From Candidatus Iainarchaeum sp. (GTDB taxonomy: Archaea; Iainarchaeota; Iainarchaeia; Iainarchaeales; JAZDEL01), in contig JAZDEL010000010.1 in the NCBI GenBank assembly GCA_043808785.1, positions 120,001 through 152,000 of the forward strand: a stretch of 32,000 bases of DNA. Reading direction: 5' to 3'. Below, piece by piece: positions 16,183 to 24,441 of the stretch. A program made the translations under genes and the position numbers. Positions within the stretch are counted from its first letter, which is position 1, and each line of letters opens with the position of its first letter. The notes beneath the pieces were generated by a model. That model had not been told where the DNA came from. It made no database searches and saw only the letters and a program-made list of their open reading frames with translations.

Positions 16183-19100
16183 CTTGCAATCTCCCCCCTG
16201 AACATGTCATTCGTGTAGTTCTGCTGGATGAAATCCACGCCTTCCTGCAAGGTAAACCCGATGTTAACCATATACTTGTCCTTGCCGGCAAGATTCCCCC
16301 CCAATATGTCTACTGAAAAGTGTTTAGCCTGGCCCGGCGCCAGTGATATCCCCACATTTTCCTCCCCCCCAGTTTTAGCAGAAACCATGACCGTAACATA
16401 CTCCAATGTTACAACCGCATCTTTATTCCCGATATTCGTTATATCAAAGGTTACCGAGTCCCCCGAGATTCCGGGATTTTTTATGGCAAGGTCCGGGGCT
16501 TCGGAATAAAGTTCTATATCAAAATCGTAATCCGTGAATCCGGAGTCGTTTGCGGTTGTGAAATACTCTTTTCCATACTCATCGAGTTTTGAAACCCACA
16601 AATATTTCCTTCCTTGGCCGTATTCATGGTCAATCTGCCAGCCTTTTGAAACCGCAACAGGCTCGAAATCCTGCGGCGCTTCAAGCCTTGCCGTAAAGTT
16701 TTTGTTCCCCCCGGCAGCGGATGCCGTGGTGAAATAGAGCGGCTCCTTGCACTGGTTTGGGTAATACTCGCAGAGTTCGGCTATGTTTTCGGGTATGTCA
16801 ATCCGCATTGCAGGAACGGTTATCCCGTAGTTTCCGCCGCCACTTGCCTCGCTTATGAATTCCATGCGCGCTTTGGGGAGGGTGTGCGCCGTTCTCACCT
16901 TCATTGTAGGGTCGCCGATGAGGAGATACCATCCCGAAGAATTGTCCTCAATGTTGCCTTGCGTAAGCGTTGCAGCGTCCAGGACGATTCCCGCGTTTTT
17001 TGAATTCCTGAATGCCTCCCCCGTGGTCGAGCCGTTTGCAAAAATCTCGGCAATCTGCCCATCCATGTTCACCCCGCCCGAGCTGTCCGTTGCGCCTATG
17101 AAGCCTATCGCACCCTGCCTTATTGCGTTCGCGCAAAAGCTGTATTTGAAATAATACTTAAACGTGCATGTCAGGCAGGCCATCGTAGTTATGAATGAGT
17201 TGTCCAGATAAGGAATCTCATGCGCATCTATGCCTGCCCACGTGGTGCCGCCATGGTCCCTGTAAATTGTGAAAAATTTATCCTTCCAATGTTCCGGCTT
17301 CATATGGGGGTTAAGCATATTGGGGCCTTCACCTTCAGGTATTACAACCGTGGCATATCCTGCGGAAGACATTACTTTCCCGAAGGCATATACTTCCGCA
17401 GGGGCGGTTTGGTCTGTCCTGCCCATCGTAATAAGCATGCTCTCCTCGTTTTGCAGTGTTTCATCGTAAAACATGCTTCTCACAACGTATGCTGACGTGT
17501 CAGCCACGGTCACGCCGAAAATCCTGCCGACAGCAAGGTCAAGGAGCGGGTCACCATCCTTGGTTTTTGAATAAAACCACGCATCCGCAGCATAATAGTC
17601 GCCGCCCTCGTCCAAATAATCCATGCCTATTGCATTTGGGCTTGCAACTATGGTAAGATATTCAACGTCCGCACCCAGCGCCTCTATTGAGGAGTCTATG
17701 AAGGCATCCACATCCATATAGTTGGCCGAGCGCGTGCTTAATATCAGCTCGTGTTTTGCGGATGCCAGGAATGGCGCGGCAAGGGAGTTCCTGCCGTAAA
17801 TTTCGTAGACGTGGATGTGGCTATATATGCCGTAGCCGTCGTAATCATCCAGCACTTCCTTGATGTCCAGGTCGTCGGGATTTACGAGGATTAGTTTATT
17901 CGTGTTTGTCAGCTCCGCATATTTTTTCTGCATCTGTTCAAGTGAATATTGCTCCGCCCCAGCTGAGTTCGAGTTGATGTAGCTTTGGGTCGCAGAATCC
18001 GCCTGGCCGACAATTATAACATGCCTGCCGCCGATAACATTCTTGTATTCATCCAGATTGCCCCCATTCACGAAAATTAGGGGCGCATTGATGTATGAGG
18101 CATAAGCCGAGGCAAGCAGTGCAGCCTCATAATTGTCATAATCGGTGAGCACGACAGTATCAAAAGCCTTCCAGTATGCGAAGTAATCCGCAGGCGAGAT
18201 TCTCTGCACCTGCCCTTCCGTGAGCCTTGCGCCGTACTCCGAATCCAGCATCAGGAGATTGTCCAGGTCTTGCGGGGTTTCCCCGGCTATTGTGAGCCTT
18301 TGGGGCGGGTATTGCCTCATGAAATACATGGCTGATTCCGCGTCAAATGATTCATAGCATTGGACTTCCTTGTCTTCGCTTATTTTTAGCCCGAACTCAA
18401 AAGTTTCCCCTTCGGGCGCCGCCCTGTTTATGTTTTCAATTTTTCCGTCCGCCGGATTTGTGAATTGGATGAAGTCCGGCTTTTCCGTTATTTCAATTGA
18501 TTTCACAACCGCCCCAGTAGTGATTTTAATGCTGAGGGTTACTTCATCGCCTGGCTTCAAGTTAGCAAACTTGCTGAACGTTCCGGTTTCATACCAGTTG
18601 GCATCTGCAGGCTCGACAGTGACCTTTGCCCCGATGGGGTCTTTGAAGCCCTTCTGCCAATCCGAACCTGTCCAATGTCCGATATATGTGAGGTCAAGGT
18701 CGGTGCTCCTGCACGGCTCCTGATGGTAAATCAGGGCGGGGTTTTTGTGCACCTCTCCCCCTTCTGTCCAGATTGATACAGGCACAAGCTGCAAAACATC
18801 GTGCCAGTCCGCGTCAGAAACAAGGAAAACCTCCTTGTCAGAATATTTGCTCATCAGTTTTTCGTTAGGCCCGATTTCCCAGCCGCCGCTGCCCGTGTAT
18901 TCCCCCTCCCCGAAAATAAGATAGCCGCCATCAGGGAAAGTGCACAGCGCATCAACGCTGTCCATTCTCCCCTTGAAGAATCCGACATTATCGATGCTTG
19001 CGTGGTTGTAGTGCAGCGCCCCGCCTTTTGAAAACCATATGTCGAGTTCGCGGTTGCCGTTCACAAGCCAGATAAACTGGTTATTGCCTGCGGAATCCTT

Positions 19101-19574
19101 GTAGAATGTTACCGCATCCCCCGAGGAGGGGCATTTCTCAAGCCCTGCGCACTGCTCCGCCGCAATTTCGCTTATGTTATATGGCGTGTCGCTGATTTTG
19201 CCGTCCTTTAGCACCCACGCCTTATTGCCCGAAGTTATTTCATAAATGTTTGACGAGGGAATGTACGTGAAAGCATCTATCGGGCCGTCTATCTGCGGGT
19301 AGAGTTCCGAAATCAGCCCCTGCTCCCAGCGCTTCTGCCTGATGTTCCAGCCGAAAACAGTATCTGTGCTGTTTTCAAAGTAGAGCATGTATGTGGGGGT
19401 CAGGGCACATGCATCAATTTTGTTTGGCGTGTTTTCTGTAAGCCCAACGGAATAAAACAAATCGTGCGTGTTCAGTGCCTGCACCTCGCCCTTGAATGAA
19501 ACAACCTGCTCGGCAAATGCGTAAGATGAAAACGCAAGGGCAAATGCCAAAAGCGCAAGCGCAAAGCGGTTCAT
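16179..19574 (-). CDS. Cassette 2, gene 2: paralogue of 4793..7843 with an extra ~120-aa inserted module
   Basis: Same domain order as cassette 1. Putative His in YRDHGG (17253-17255) and Cys in TTMACLTC (17175-17177). The insertion is bracketed by Cys residues, between LIYHQEP and SFDAES (about 18354-18713). Confidence 0.8.
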   Translation of the reverse strand: MNRFALALLAFALAFSSYAFAEQVVSFKGEVQALNTHDLFYSVGLTENTPNKIDACALTPTYMLYFENSTDTVFGWNIRQKRWEQGLISELYPQIDGPIDAFTYIPSSNIYEITSGNKAWVLKDGKISDTPYNISEIAAEQCAGLEKCPSSGDAVTFYKDSAGNNQFIWLVNGNRELDIWFSKGGALHYNHASIDNVGFFKGRMDSVDALCTFPDGGYLIFGEGEYTGSGGWEIGPNEKLMSKYSDKEVFLVSDADWHDVLQLVPVSIWTEGGEVHKNPALIYHQEPCRSTDLDLTYIGHWTGSDWQKGFKDPIGAKVTVEPADANWYETGTFSKFANLKPGDEVTLSIKITTGAVVKSIEITEKPDFIQFTNPADGKIENINRAAPEGETFEFGLKISEDKEVQCYESFDAESAMYFMRQYPPQRLTIAGETPQDLDNLLMLDSEYGARLTEGQVQRISPADYFAYWKAFDTVVLTDYDNYEAALLASAYASYINAPLIFVNGGNLDEYKNVIGGRHVIIVGQADSATQSYINSNSAGAEQYSLEQMQKKYAELTNTNKLILVNPDDLDIKEVLDDYDGYGIYSHIHVYEIYGRNSLAAPFLASAKHELILSTRSANYMDVDAFIDSSIEALGADVEYLTIVASPNAIGMDYLDEGGDYYAADAWFYSKTKDGDPLLDLAVGRIFGVTVADTSAYVVRSMFYDETLQNEESMLITMGRTDQTAPAEVYAFGKVMSSAGYATVVIPEGEGPNMLNPHMKPEHWKDKFFTIYRDHGGTTWAGIDAHEIPYLDNSFITTMACLTCTFKYYFKYSFCANAIRQGAIGFIGATDSSGGVNMDGQIAEIFANGSTTGEAFRNSKNAGIVLDAATLTQGNIEDNSSGWYLLIGDPTMKVRTAHTLPKARMEFISEASGGGNYGITVPAMRIDIPENIAELCEYYPNQCKEPLYFTTASAAGGNKNFTARLEAPQDFEPVAVSKGWQIDHEYGQGRKYLWVSKLDEYGKEYFTTANDSGFTDYDFDIELYSEAPDLAIKNPGISGDSVTFDITNIGNKDAVVTLEYVTVMVSAKTGGEENVGISLAPGQAKHFSVDILGGNLAGKDKYMVNIGFTLQEGVDFIQQNYTNDMFRGEIAR

Positions 19575-20020
19575 TGCGCTTTCACCGCCTGCAATTCGTT
19601 CTTCACATCCCCCCCGCCCTGATAGAAAGTGAAGGTTGCGCTTCCGCCGCCATCGGGGGGCACTATGCCGCCATTCCCCCCGCCGCCAGCGCCGCTGCTC
19701 GGCGGCGCGAGTATTCCTGTAGCAAGCCCGCTCAAATCCGCGGTTGTTGTCGGCGCGCCGATATTTCCCGCATAAAGTTTGGCAACAGTTCCAGGCCCGC
19801 CAAGCGCAATGCCTGCTTCTTCCTTAATCTTCACCATTCCCCCCTCCGCGGTTGCATTAACCTCGCCCCCCGCGCTTTTCGAGGTCTGCATAATAAGAAG
19901 TATCACAATCACGGCGACAAGCACAACCCCGCCTATGAGGAGGAGGTATTCCATCGAGCCCTGCCCTGCGGCTGCTTTGGTGGCATGCCTTTTTTCATTC
20001 GGGCTTTTTTGCGCGGGCAT
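19571..20020 (-). CDS. Cassette 2, gene 1: pilin-like protein with class III signal peptide
   Basis: MPAQKSPNEKRHATKAAAG-QGSMEYLLLIGGVVLVAVIVILLI, giving G at -1, Q at +1 and E at +5. The Gly-rich tract differs from copy 1. The ATG is at 20018-20020. Confidence 0.8.
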   Translation of the reverse strand: MPAQKSPNEKRHATKAAAGQGSMEYLLLIGGVVLVAVIVILLIMQTSKSAGGEVNATAEGGMVKIKEEAGIALGGPGTVAKLYAGNIGAPTTTADLSGLATGILAPPSSGAGGGGNGGIVPPDGGGSATFTFYQGGGDVKNELQAVKAQ

Positions 20021-20044
20021 CGCTAACTATAACGCCCCCAGTGC

Positions 20045-20056
20045 ATATAATTATTT
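20045..20056 (-). promoter_or_regulatory. TATA box of cassette 2 operon
   Basis: The minus strand reads AAATAATTATAT, centred about 30 nt upstream of the ATG at 20020. It is homologous to the cassette 1 promoter. Confidence 0.5.
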
Positions 20057-20288
20057 CGCAGCCCCGTTTTCCGCATTTTTCCTGCAGCGCAGCGAAAAAC
20101 GGTTTTACCCTCTACACCGTGATTTTGTATTGTAGATGGTAAGTTCCATCGCGGTTCCCTGCGCAAACCATTTTAAACCCTTATTAACCCAATACTTAAC
20201 AGCGGAAATTTGATTTGTTTTTTTGTTAAGCAAGCCGCGAGGCGAACCGAGAGGGGTTAACAAAAACCAACGAGGCAAAAACAAAACC

Positions 20289-20334
20289 AAAAAAACCAAA
20301 ACCAACCGCGCGGTTGGTTTTTGTTTTGGTTTTC
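20289..20334. repeat. Orphan copy of the GC-palindrome plus A/C-run and G/T-run hairpin element
   Basis: AAAACCAAAACCAACCGCGCGGTTGGTTTTTGTTTTGGTTTT has a perfect 16-nt palindrome CCAACCGCGCGGTTGG at its core. It belongs to the same family as 293-380 and 13144-13184, but no annotated gene ends here. Confidence 0.6.
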
Positions 20335-20349
20335 AGGGCGGTGCACGGA

Positions 20350-21207
20350 ATGACAACAAAAAACTCGATTCTGCTCATAATAAAGCAGAACAACGGCATA
20401 GATTACAACACCCTCCTCAGCAAAATCTCGGGGAATTACTCAAGCATAAACTCCGCAATGGCCGCGCTGAGCCGCGCGATAAAGGACCTCGCTGTAATGG
20501 GCTATGTGGTGAGGAAGGACAACCGCATCTACGCAACCCAGAGCGCGGAAGCGCTCATACATTCCGAAATGAAGAACAAACTGCTCCTGCGCCTGAACCA
20601 GATTGTGAACTCCAAGAACAACGTGCAGGAAATCGACTCGATTGTGGAGCACCTTCACATGCTCATAGAGCGCTCGAAGGACGATGCAGCGCTTTTGCGC
20701 GCGGCAAAAGGCTCGACCGAATTCTCGATCCGCGATTTGGAGGCAATCGATGCCGAACTCGACTCCAGAATCAAGCACCTCTCCTATATTTCGGGCGTCT
20801 TTAAGGGGCAGGTTGCGGAAATGAAGAACCTTGATTTCAACAACAGCGTGCAGATGCCGCTCTCCGCCGACACTGTTGCAAGGCTGCAGAAGGAGGCGGA
20901 GGAACTCGCCCTGCAGGACATTTCAGCGGAAACAAAGAACCCCGCGTTCCTCGCGCTCGCCTCCGGTGCCGGGGGCACGGAACTCGGCGTGAAAATGAAG
21001 GGGGCAACAACCCTGTCCGTGCCGTTATCCTCGCTCAAGGGGTTCCTGAGCCTTGCGATGAAGCACAACGCGGAGCACAGGGATTTGTTCCTCGTGCTTC
21101 ACTTCCCGCCCCTTGTAGTAAGGCTGACGCCCGTTTACTTCTCCACGGAGGGCCCGCACTCGCGCCTGAAGAAACTCGCAGGCAAGCACGGGGAGGGGCA
21201 GATTTAA
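20350..21207 (+). CDS. Hypothetical protein with N-terminal winged-helix-like DNA-binding domain
   Basis: The ATG at 20350 gives MTTKNSILLIIKQNNGIDYNTLLSKISGNYSSINSAMAALSRAIKDLAVMGYVVRKDNRIYATQ, a wHTH-like pattern. The rest is helical with no recognised family. The track TTG start at 20314 lies inside the palindrome. Confidence 0.55.
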   Translation: MTTKNSILLIIKQNNGIDYNTLLSKISGNYSSINSAMAALSRAIKDLAVMGYVVRKDNRIYATQSAEALIHSEMKNKLLLRLNQIVNSKNNVQEIDSIVEHLHMLIERSKDDAALLRAAKGSTEFSIRDLEAIDAELDSRIKHLSYISGVFKGQVAEMKNLDFNNSVQMPLSADTVARLQKEAEELALQDISAETKNPAFLALASGAGGTELGVKMKGATTLSVPLSSLKGFLSLAMKHNAEHRDLFLVLHFPPLVVRLTPVYFSTEGPHSRLKKLAGKHGEGQI

Positions 21208-21268
21208 TTCATGCCGCCTGCAGAGGAAAAGGTTATAAAAAAACCCGTGATAGTTCATATGTGGGTTA

Positions 21269-21434
21269 TGCAGCCATAGTCTAGTGGCAGGATTCGAGCT
21301 TCCCAAATCAGGGCCCTTCGGGTCCCGATACCCCCAAAGGGAACGGAACCTTCGGGTTCCGCGCCCCAAAGGTTCGGGTTGATGAGGGGTTGATGGTTCA
21401 AGCTCGCGACCCGGGTTCGAATCCCGGTGGCTGC
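21269..21434 (+). tRNA. tRNA-Gly(CCC) with a ~95-nt intron at the canonical 37/38 position
   Basis: Manual fold: acceptor GCAGCCA/TGGCTGC, D-stem GTCT/GGAT, anticodon stem CGAGC (21294-21298)/GCTCG (21401-21405), loop TT-CCC-A[intron 21305-21399]A, T-arm CCGGG-TTCGAAT-CCCGG, discriminator A. The mature length is 71 nt. Confidence 0.8.
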
Positions 21435-21601
21435 ATTCAACCGATAGTAATGTGCATCTCCATTTATGGCATTGTTCATGCCGGAATCGGTGCATTTTTT
21501 GATTGCACTTATAATGCCCAAACTGCTTAATTAAGTTTTTGGTTTTTGGCCAGTAACCTTGCGCGAAAATAACTATTTTATGCTTATCTGCCCCTATCTT
21601 T

Positions 21602-22192
21602 ATGATGCCCGAACCGCCTAAGTACCATCCAAAATATGTCCCTGTTAAGGGGCGCAAACGGCCTCCTTGGCTTGAGGAGCTCGAGAGGGAGAAAAGATAC
21701 ATTCACTGGGAGGGTGTGTCGAATTATGACCTGAGGCAACCTCTCGGATGGAGAGGCTTCTTAAATTTAATAAGCCGGCACAGCCTCTTGGAGTCAAATC
21801 AAGGGCATGCCGAGGCAATGTCAATTGCAAGGTCAAAGGCTAAGCCCGATTTCTTCCACGACGATTTTCCCGTGTGCACTACTGAAAGGTTCAAAACCCC
21901 TGACTTGAGGACAAGCCCGGGGCATGTGCTTTGGGGAATAATATTCATGGAGAAAGTCCCTGAAAAATTCAGGCAAATCGTCCTTGACCACGAGGCGAAA
22001 GTCGCAGAATTGTTTTCGCGCAATGAGCCGACAAAAAGGTCAAACCCCGACTTCAGGGAGTTCTGCGACAATGAACGGAAGTGGCTGGAGAAGCACGGCC
22101 TGCTGGCAGAATGGATTGGATGGGTGAAGAGGGATTACCCGCAGCTTTACAAAACCGCGCTTGAGCTGCGCGGGATTAAAGTTTCTAATTAA
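21602..22192 (+). CDS. Hypothetical protein (islet gene 1)
   Basis: 196-aa ORF with a TATA-like CTATTTTATG about 25 nt upstream. No family recognised by eye. Confidence 0.55.
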   Translation: MMPEPPKYHPKYVPVKGRKRPPWLEELEREKRYIHWEGVSNYDLRQPLGWRGFLNLISRHSLLESNQGHAEAMSIARSKAKPDFFHDDFPVCTTERFKTPDLRTSPGHVLWGIIFMEKVPEKFRQIVLDHEAKVAELFSRNEPTKRSNPDFREFCDNERKWLEKHGLLAEWIGWVKRDYPQLYKTALELRGIKVSN

Positions 22193-22259
22193 GCAGGCGC
22201 AACCGCATGCTGGAATGTCTGCGTGTCGGTGCGCGCTGATTTATTGCGGCTTAACTCTA

Positions 22260-22574
22260 TCATTTTTTCACTAATGGAGCAGGGTATTTCTTCGTGAACC
22301 CCTCTCTTATTTTAGCTATTGCCCCATTTAGGGATAGTTTACCGGGGAATACCTTGTGCTTTATGAATTGCTGCCTGAAAAACTCCAACCCGCCCTCTCT
22401 TTCCTCAGGGCTGCCAGCAGCCATGTCAATCTGCCGCCCCAACTCTACAGGATGGTCAAAAGCCAACTTCATAAGTGCGCCGCGCGGGTTCTTCCTAGCC
22501 TTCACACCTATCGTATGCATCCAATTAGGCTCTCTTGTTTTTCCATACATTGGTTTCTTTTCAAGCATACGCAT
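22260..22574 (-). CDS. Hypothetical protein (islet gene 2)
   Basis: 104-aa ORF with GTATATAAAC at 22591-22600 just upstream on the coding strand. The start could be the ATG at 22574 or the one at 22568. Confidence 0.5.
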   Translation of the reverse strand: MRMLEKKPMYGKTREPNWMHTIGVKARKNPRGALMKLAFDHPVELGRQIDMAAGSPEEREGGLEFFRQQFIKHKVFPGKLSLNGAIAKIREGFTKKYPAPLVKK

Positions 22575-22792
22575 ATTATATCCCTAGGGCGTATATAAAC
22601 CTTCTCAGTTACTGTAAAAACTTGCCGCCTCCGCACTAATGAATGTTTTGTTGGCGCACCCTTTGTGGAACGGAAAAACAAGCCAAATTGAGTTAGATTT
22701 CTAACTCTCGGGCATGCAGAGAACGCTTTCAGCCGAAACGGAGCCCGCTCCTGCCTTTTCGTTTCCTATGGATTCTGTCCCGCAGCCTGGCG

Positions 22793-23326
22793 TCAGTTCC
22801 AGTGCCATGCACCGAGCTTTTGCAGGGCGTTGTCATCGTGAACCAGGACAAACCCGAACTGCTGTTCAAGCTCCTGCAGCAAAACGCCGAAATGGTCGTC
22901 AGTTGTCACGAAGAAAAGGTTCGGCAGCGTAAGTGCCTGCGCCAAAATCTCCATGTCCGACTTCTCAGGCAGGGCCGAGGCGCGGTTTTTCTTCTTCATC
23001 AACTCAATCAATCGATTGTCACTCCCGTAGTTCCTGAAGAATGTTTCAACTGCCTGCAGGTGCTCATTTGTAAGGTCTTGATGTATTTTCATGGCACATA
23101 GCAGTTTATTCAATTTCCTTTCGGCGGTGGCTAAAATCCGTCCTATTTCCAAAGGGTTGTGCCCCTTTGCTTTAAGTTCGGGCAAGAATAGGTCAAGATT
23201 AACCTGTTTGTAAACACGCTGCGAACTGTGCAATGGCAATTTCCTGTCTTGGCACTTCACTATGAACTCCCTTATGCAGGTTGCCCTTGTAGGGCAACGC
23301 TCTTTCGGGAGTACCGCAGCTTTCAC
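22793..23326 (-). CDS. PIN-like domain protein (putative toxin/nuclease), tentative
   Basis: The C-terminal SDMEILAQALTLPNLFFVTTDDHFGVL matches the D-x-x-I-x-A-x-A ... T-x-D-x-x-F end of PIN domains, and NLDLFLPEL may carry the first acidic residue. The only start in frame is a GTG at 23326, 23 nt after the upstream stop. Confidence 0.45.
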   Translation of the reverse strand: MKAAVLPKERCPTRATCIREFIVKCQDRKLPLHSSQRVYKQVNLDLFLPELKAKGHNPLEIGRILATAERKLNKLLCAMKIHQDLTNEHLQAVETFFRNYGSDNRLIELMKKKNRASALPEKSDMEILAQALTLPNLFFVTTDDHFGVLLQELEQQFGFVLVHDDNALQKLGAWHWN

Positions 23327-23349
23327 ATAGTTGAGGATGGAGCTCGTTT

Positions 23350-24189
23350 CTAGGAAGATAGTGGAATCTCCATCTGGGCAATTGTTTTGAATAGACGTTC
23401 TCTGGCCTCCTTTGGAATGTCGCTGAAATCGTCATCGGCTATGGAGCGGAATATGCCTTCTTTCTCGCAGTAGTTGTCCAGATATTCAAACAGTTCCGTA
23501 GCGTAGCCGTCCGCCATACATTTGTTCCCCTTCAGCGCGCCAAATAGTTCATCAATAGTGCAAATAACCTGCCCCCTCTTCACAGGGTCTGAGACATCCT
23601 TCAATTTTTTTAATATTTCCCCGACATGGTGCAAGTACCCAAGCATACAGTATAACCTGTCCTCGTCTTCAGGTGACGACCCGTTCCCGATATTTTTGCC
23701 GACCAAATCGCGGTAAATTGGCAGGTTGCTCTCAATCCTCCCGATAGATTCAAGTGTCTTTGATTTGCTCCTGAATGTGTCCACATATGTCTTGTGCACA
23801 AAGTCGAGAATCTCAGTGGCATTCTTGTCTTTGTATTTGTTAATTATTTTTTCGGCCTTTTTTCTCTCATCATCATTGATTAGGGGCTCGCAAATATTGC
23901 GGAAATAGCGCTTGCCCTCCGGCGTTAACCGAATAGTGTAGCGGCTGTGAGGCCCTGCCGAACAAAGTTCCTCCTGCAATAATCCATTAGCGATGCAGAA
24001 ATTAACCGAAATATAATCGACTGGCCCGAATTTATAATTGGATATCGGGCTGTCATATTTAACATGCCCCTCCCCTTCAATGAGATAATGGATTTTATAT
24101 AGTTTTATTCTGCCATCTACCTTCCCCAATCTATCTAAGATAAACAGAAGCAATTGGATATTTTTATTGGGCTTTTCAAGGTCTGCCAT
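23350..24189 (-). CDS. Panacea (DUF4065/SocA)-like or wHTH N-domain protein with helical C-domain (putative antitoxin/sensor), tentative
   Basis: RIKLYKIHYLIEGEGHVKYDSPISNYKFGPVDYISVNF resembles the KLqKLlY...GPv core of Panacea domains. It is followed by GLLQEE...YTIRLTPEGKRYF (wing-like) and about 170 aa of helical sequence. Confidence 0.45.
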   Translation of the reverse strand: MADLEKPNKNIQLLLFILDRLGKVDGRIKLYKIHYLIEGEGHVKYDSPISNYKFGPVDYISVNFCIANGLLQEELCSAGPHSRYTIRLTPEGKRYFRNICEPLINDDERKKAEKIINKYKDKNATEILDFVHKTYVDTFRSKSKTLESIGRIESNLPIYRDLVGKNIGNGSSPEDEDRLYCMLGYLHHVGEILKKLKDVSDPVKRGQVICTIDELFGALKGNKCMADGYATELFEYLDNYCEKEGIFRSIADDDFSDIPKEARERLFKTIAQMEIPLSS

Positions 24190-24372
24190 CGTACCCCTCG
24201 CGGAAGTCGCTAGAAGTAACCGCTAAGTAGTATAATAATAATAACGTTTGCCCGCAGAAAGAATAAAAATGAATGTTTGTTATGTATAAATAACTATTGA
24301 TTATGTAGCTGCCTATTTTGTCTGCTCCCTTTCCTGCCTTTGAAATTCACAGGAAACTCGGTGGCTGCACAC

Positions 24373-24399
24373 CAACTTTTCTTTAAGAAAGAAAAGTTG
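24373..24399. repeat. Perfect 12-bp stem hairpin
   Basis: CAACTTTTCTTT-AAG-AAAGAAAAGTTG. Confidence 0.6.
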
Positions 24400-24441
24400 A
24401 CAAAAGAAACACAAGGCACGGTTGACAAAAAGAAGGATTTT

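Larger units (their letters stand above)
21435..24369. mobile_element. Putative integrated-element remnant (genomic islet) at the tRNA-Gly 3' end
   Basis: CGGTGGCTGCA (tRNA 3' end, 21424-21434) recurs as a direct repeat at 24359-24369. The match is 15 of 17 when extended: GAATCCCGGTGGCTGCA versus GAAACTCGGTGGCTGCA. The enclosed segment is visibly more AT-rich than its flanks and holds four genes with no housekeeping identity. No integrase was recognised. Confidence 0.45.

Noticed and set aside
21025-21702. 225-aa and 88-aa minus-strand ORFs spanning 21025-21702
   Set aside because: They run straight through tRNA-Gly and its intron, and they cross the 3' end of the wHTH gene and the start of the islet gene. 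No coding features were seen.
21435-24369. Integrase or split SSV-type integrase fragments at the islet borders
   Set aside because: I looked for tyrosine-recombinase R..H..R..Y patterns in the 196-aa border ORF and in the border regions, and could not support any. The islet is reported as integrase-less.
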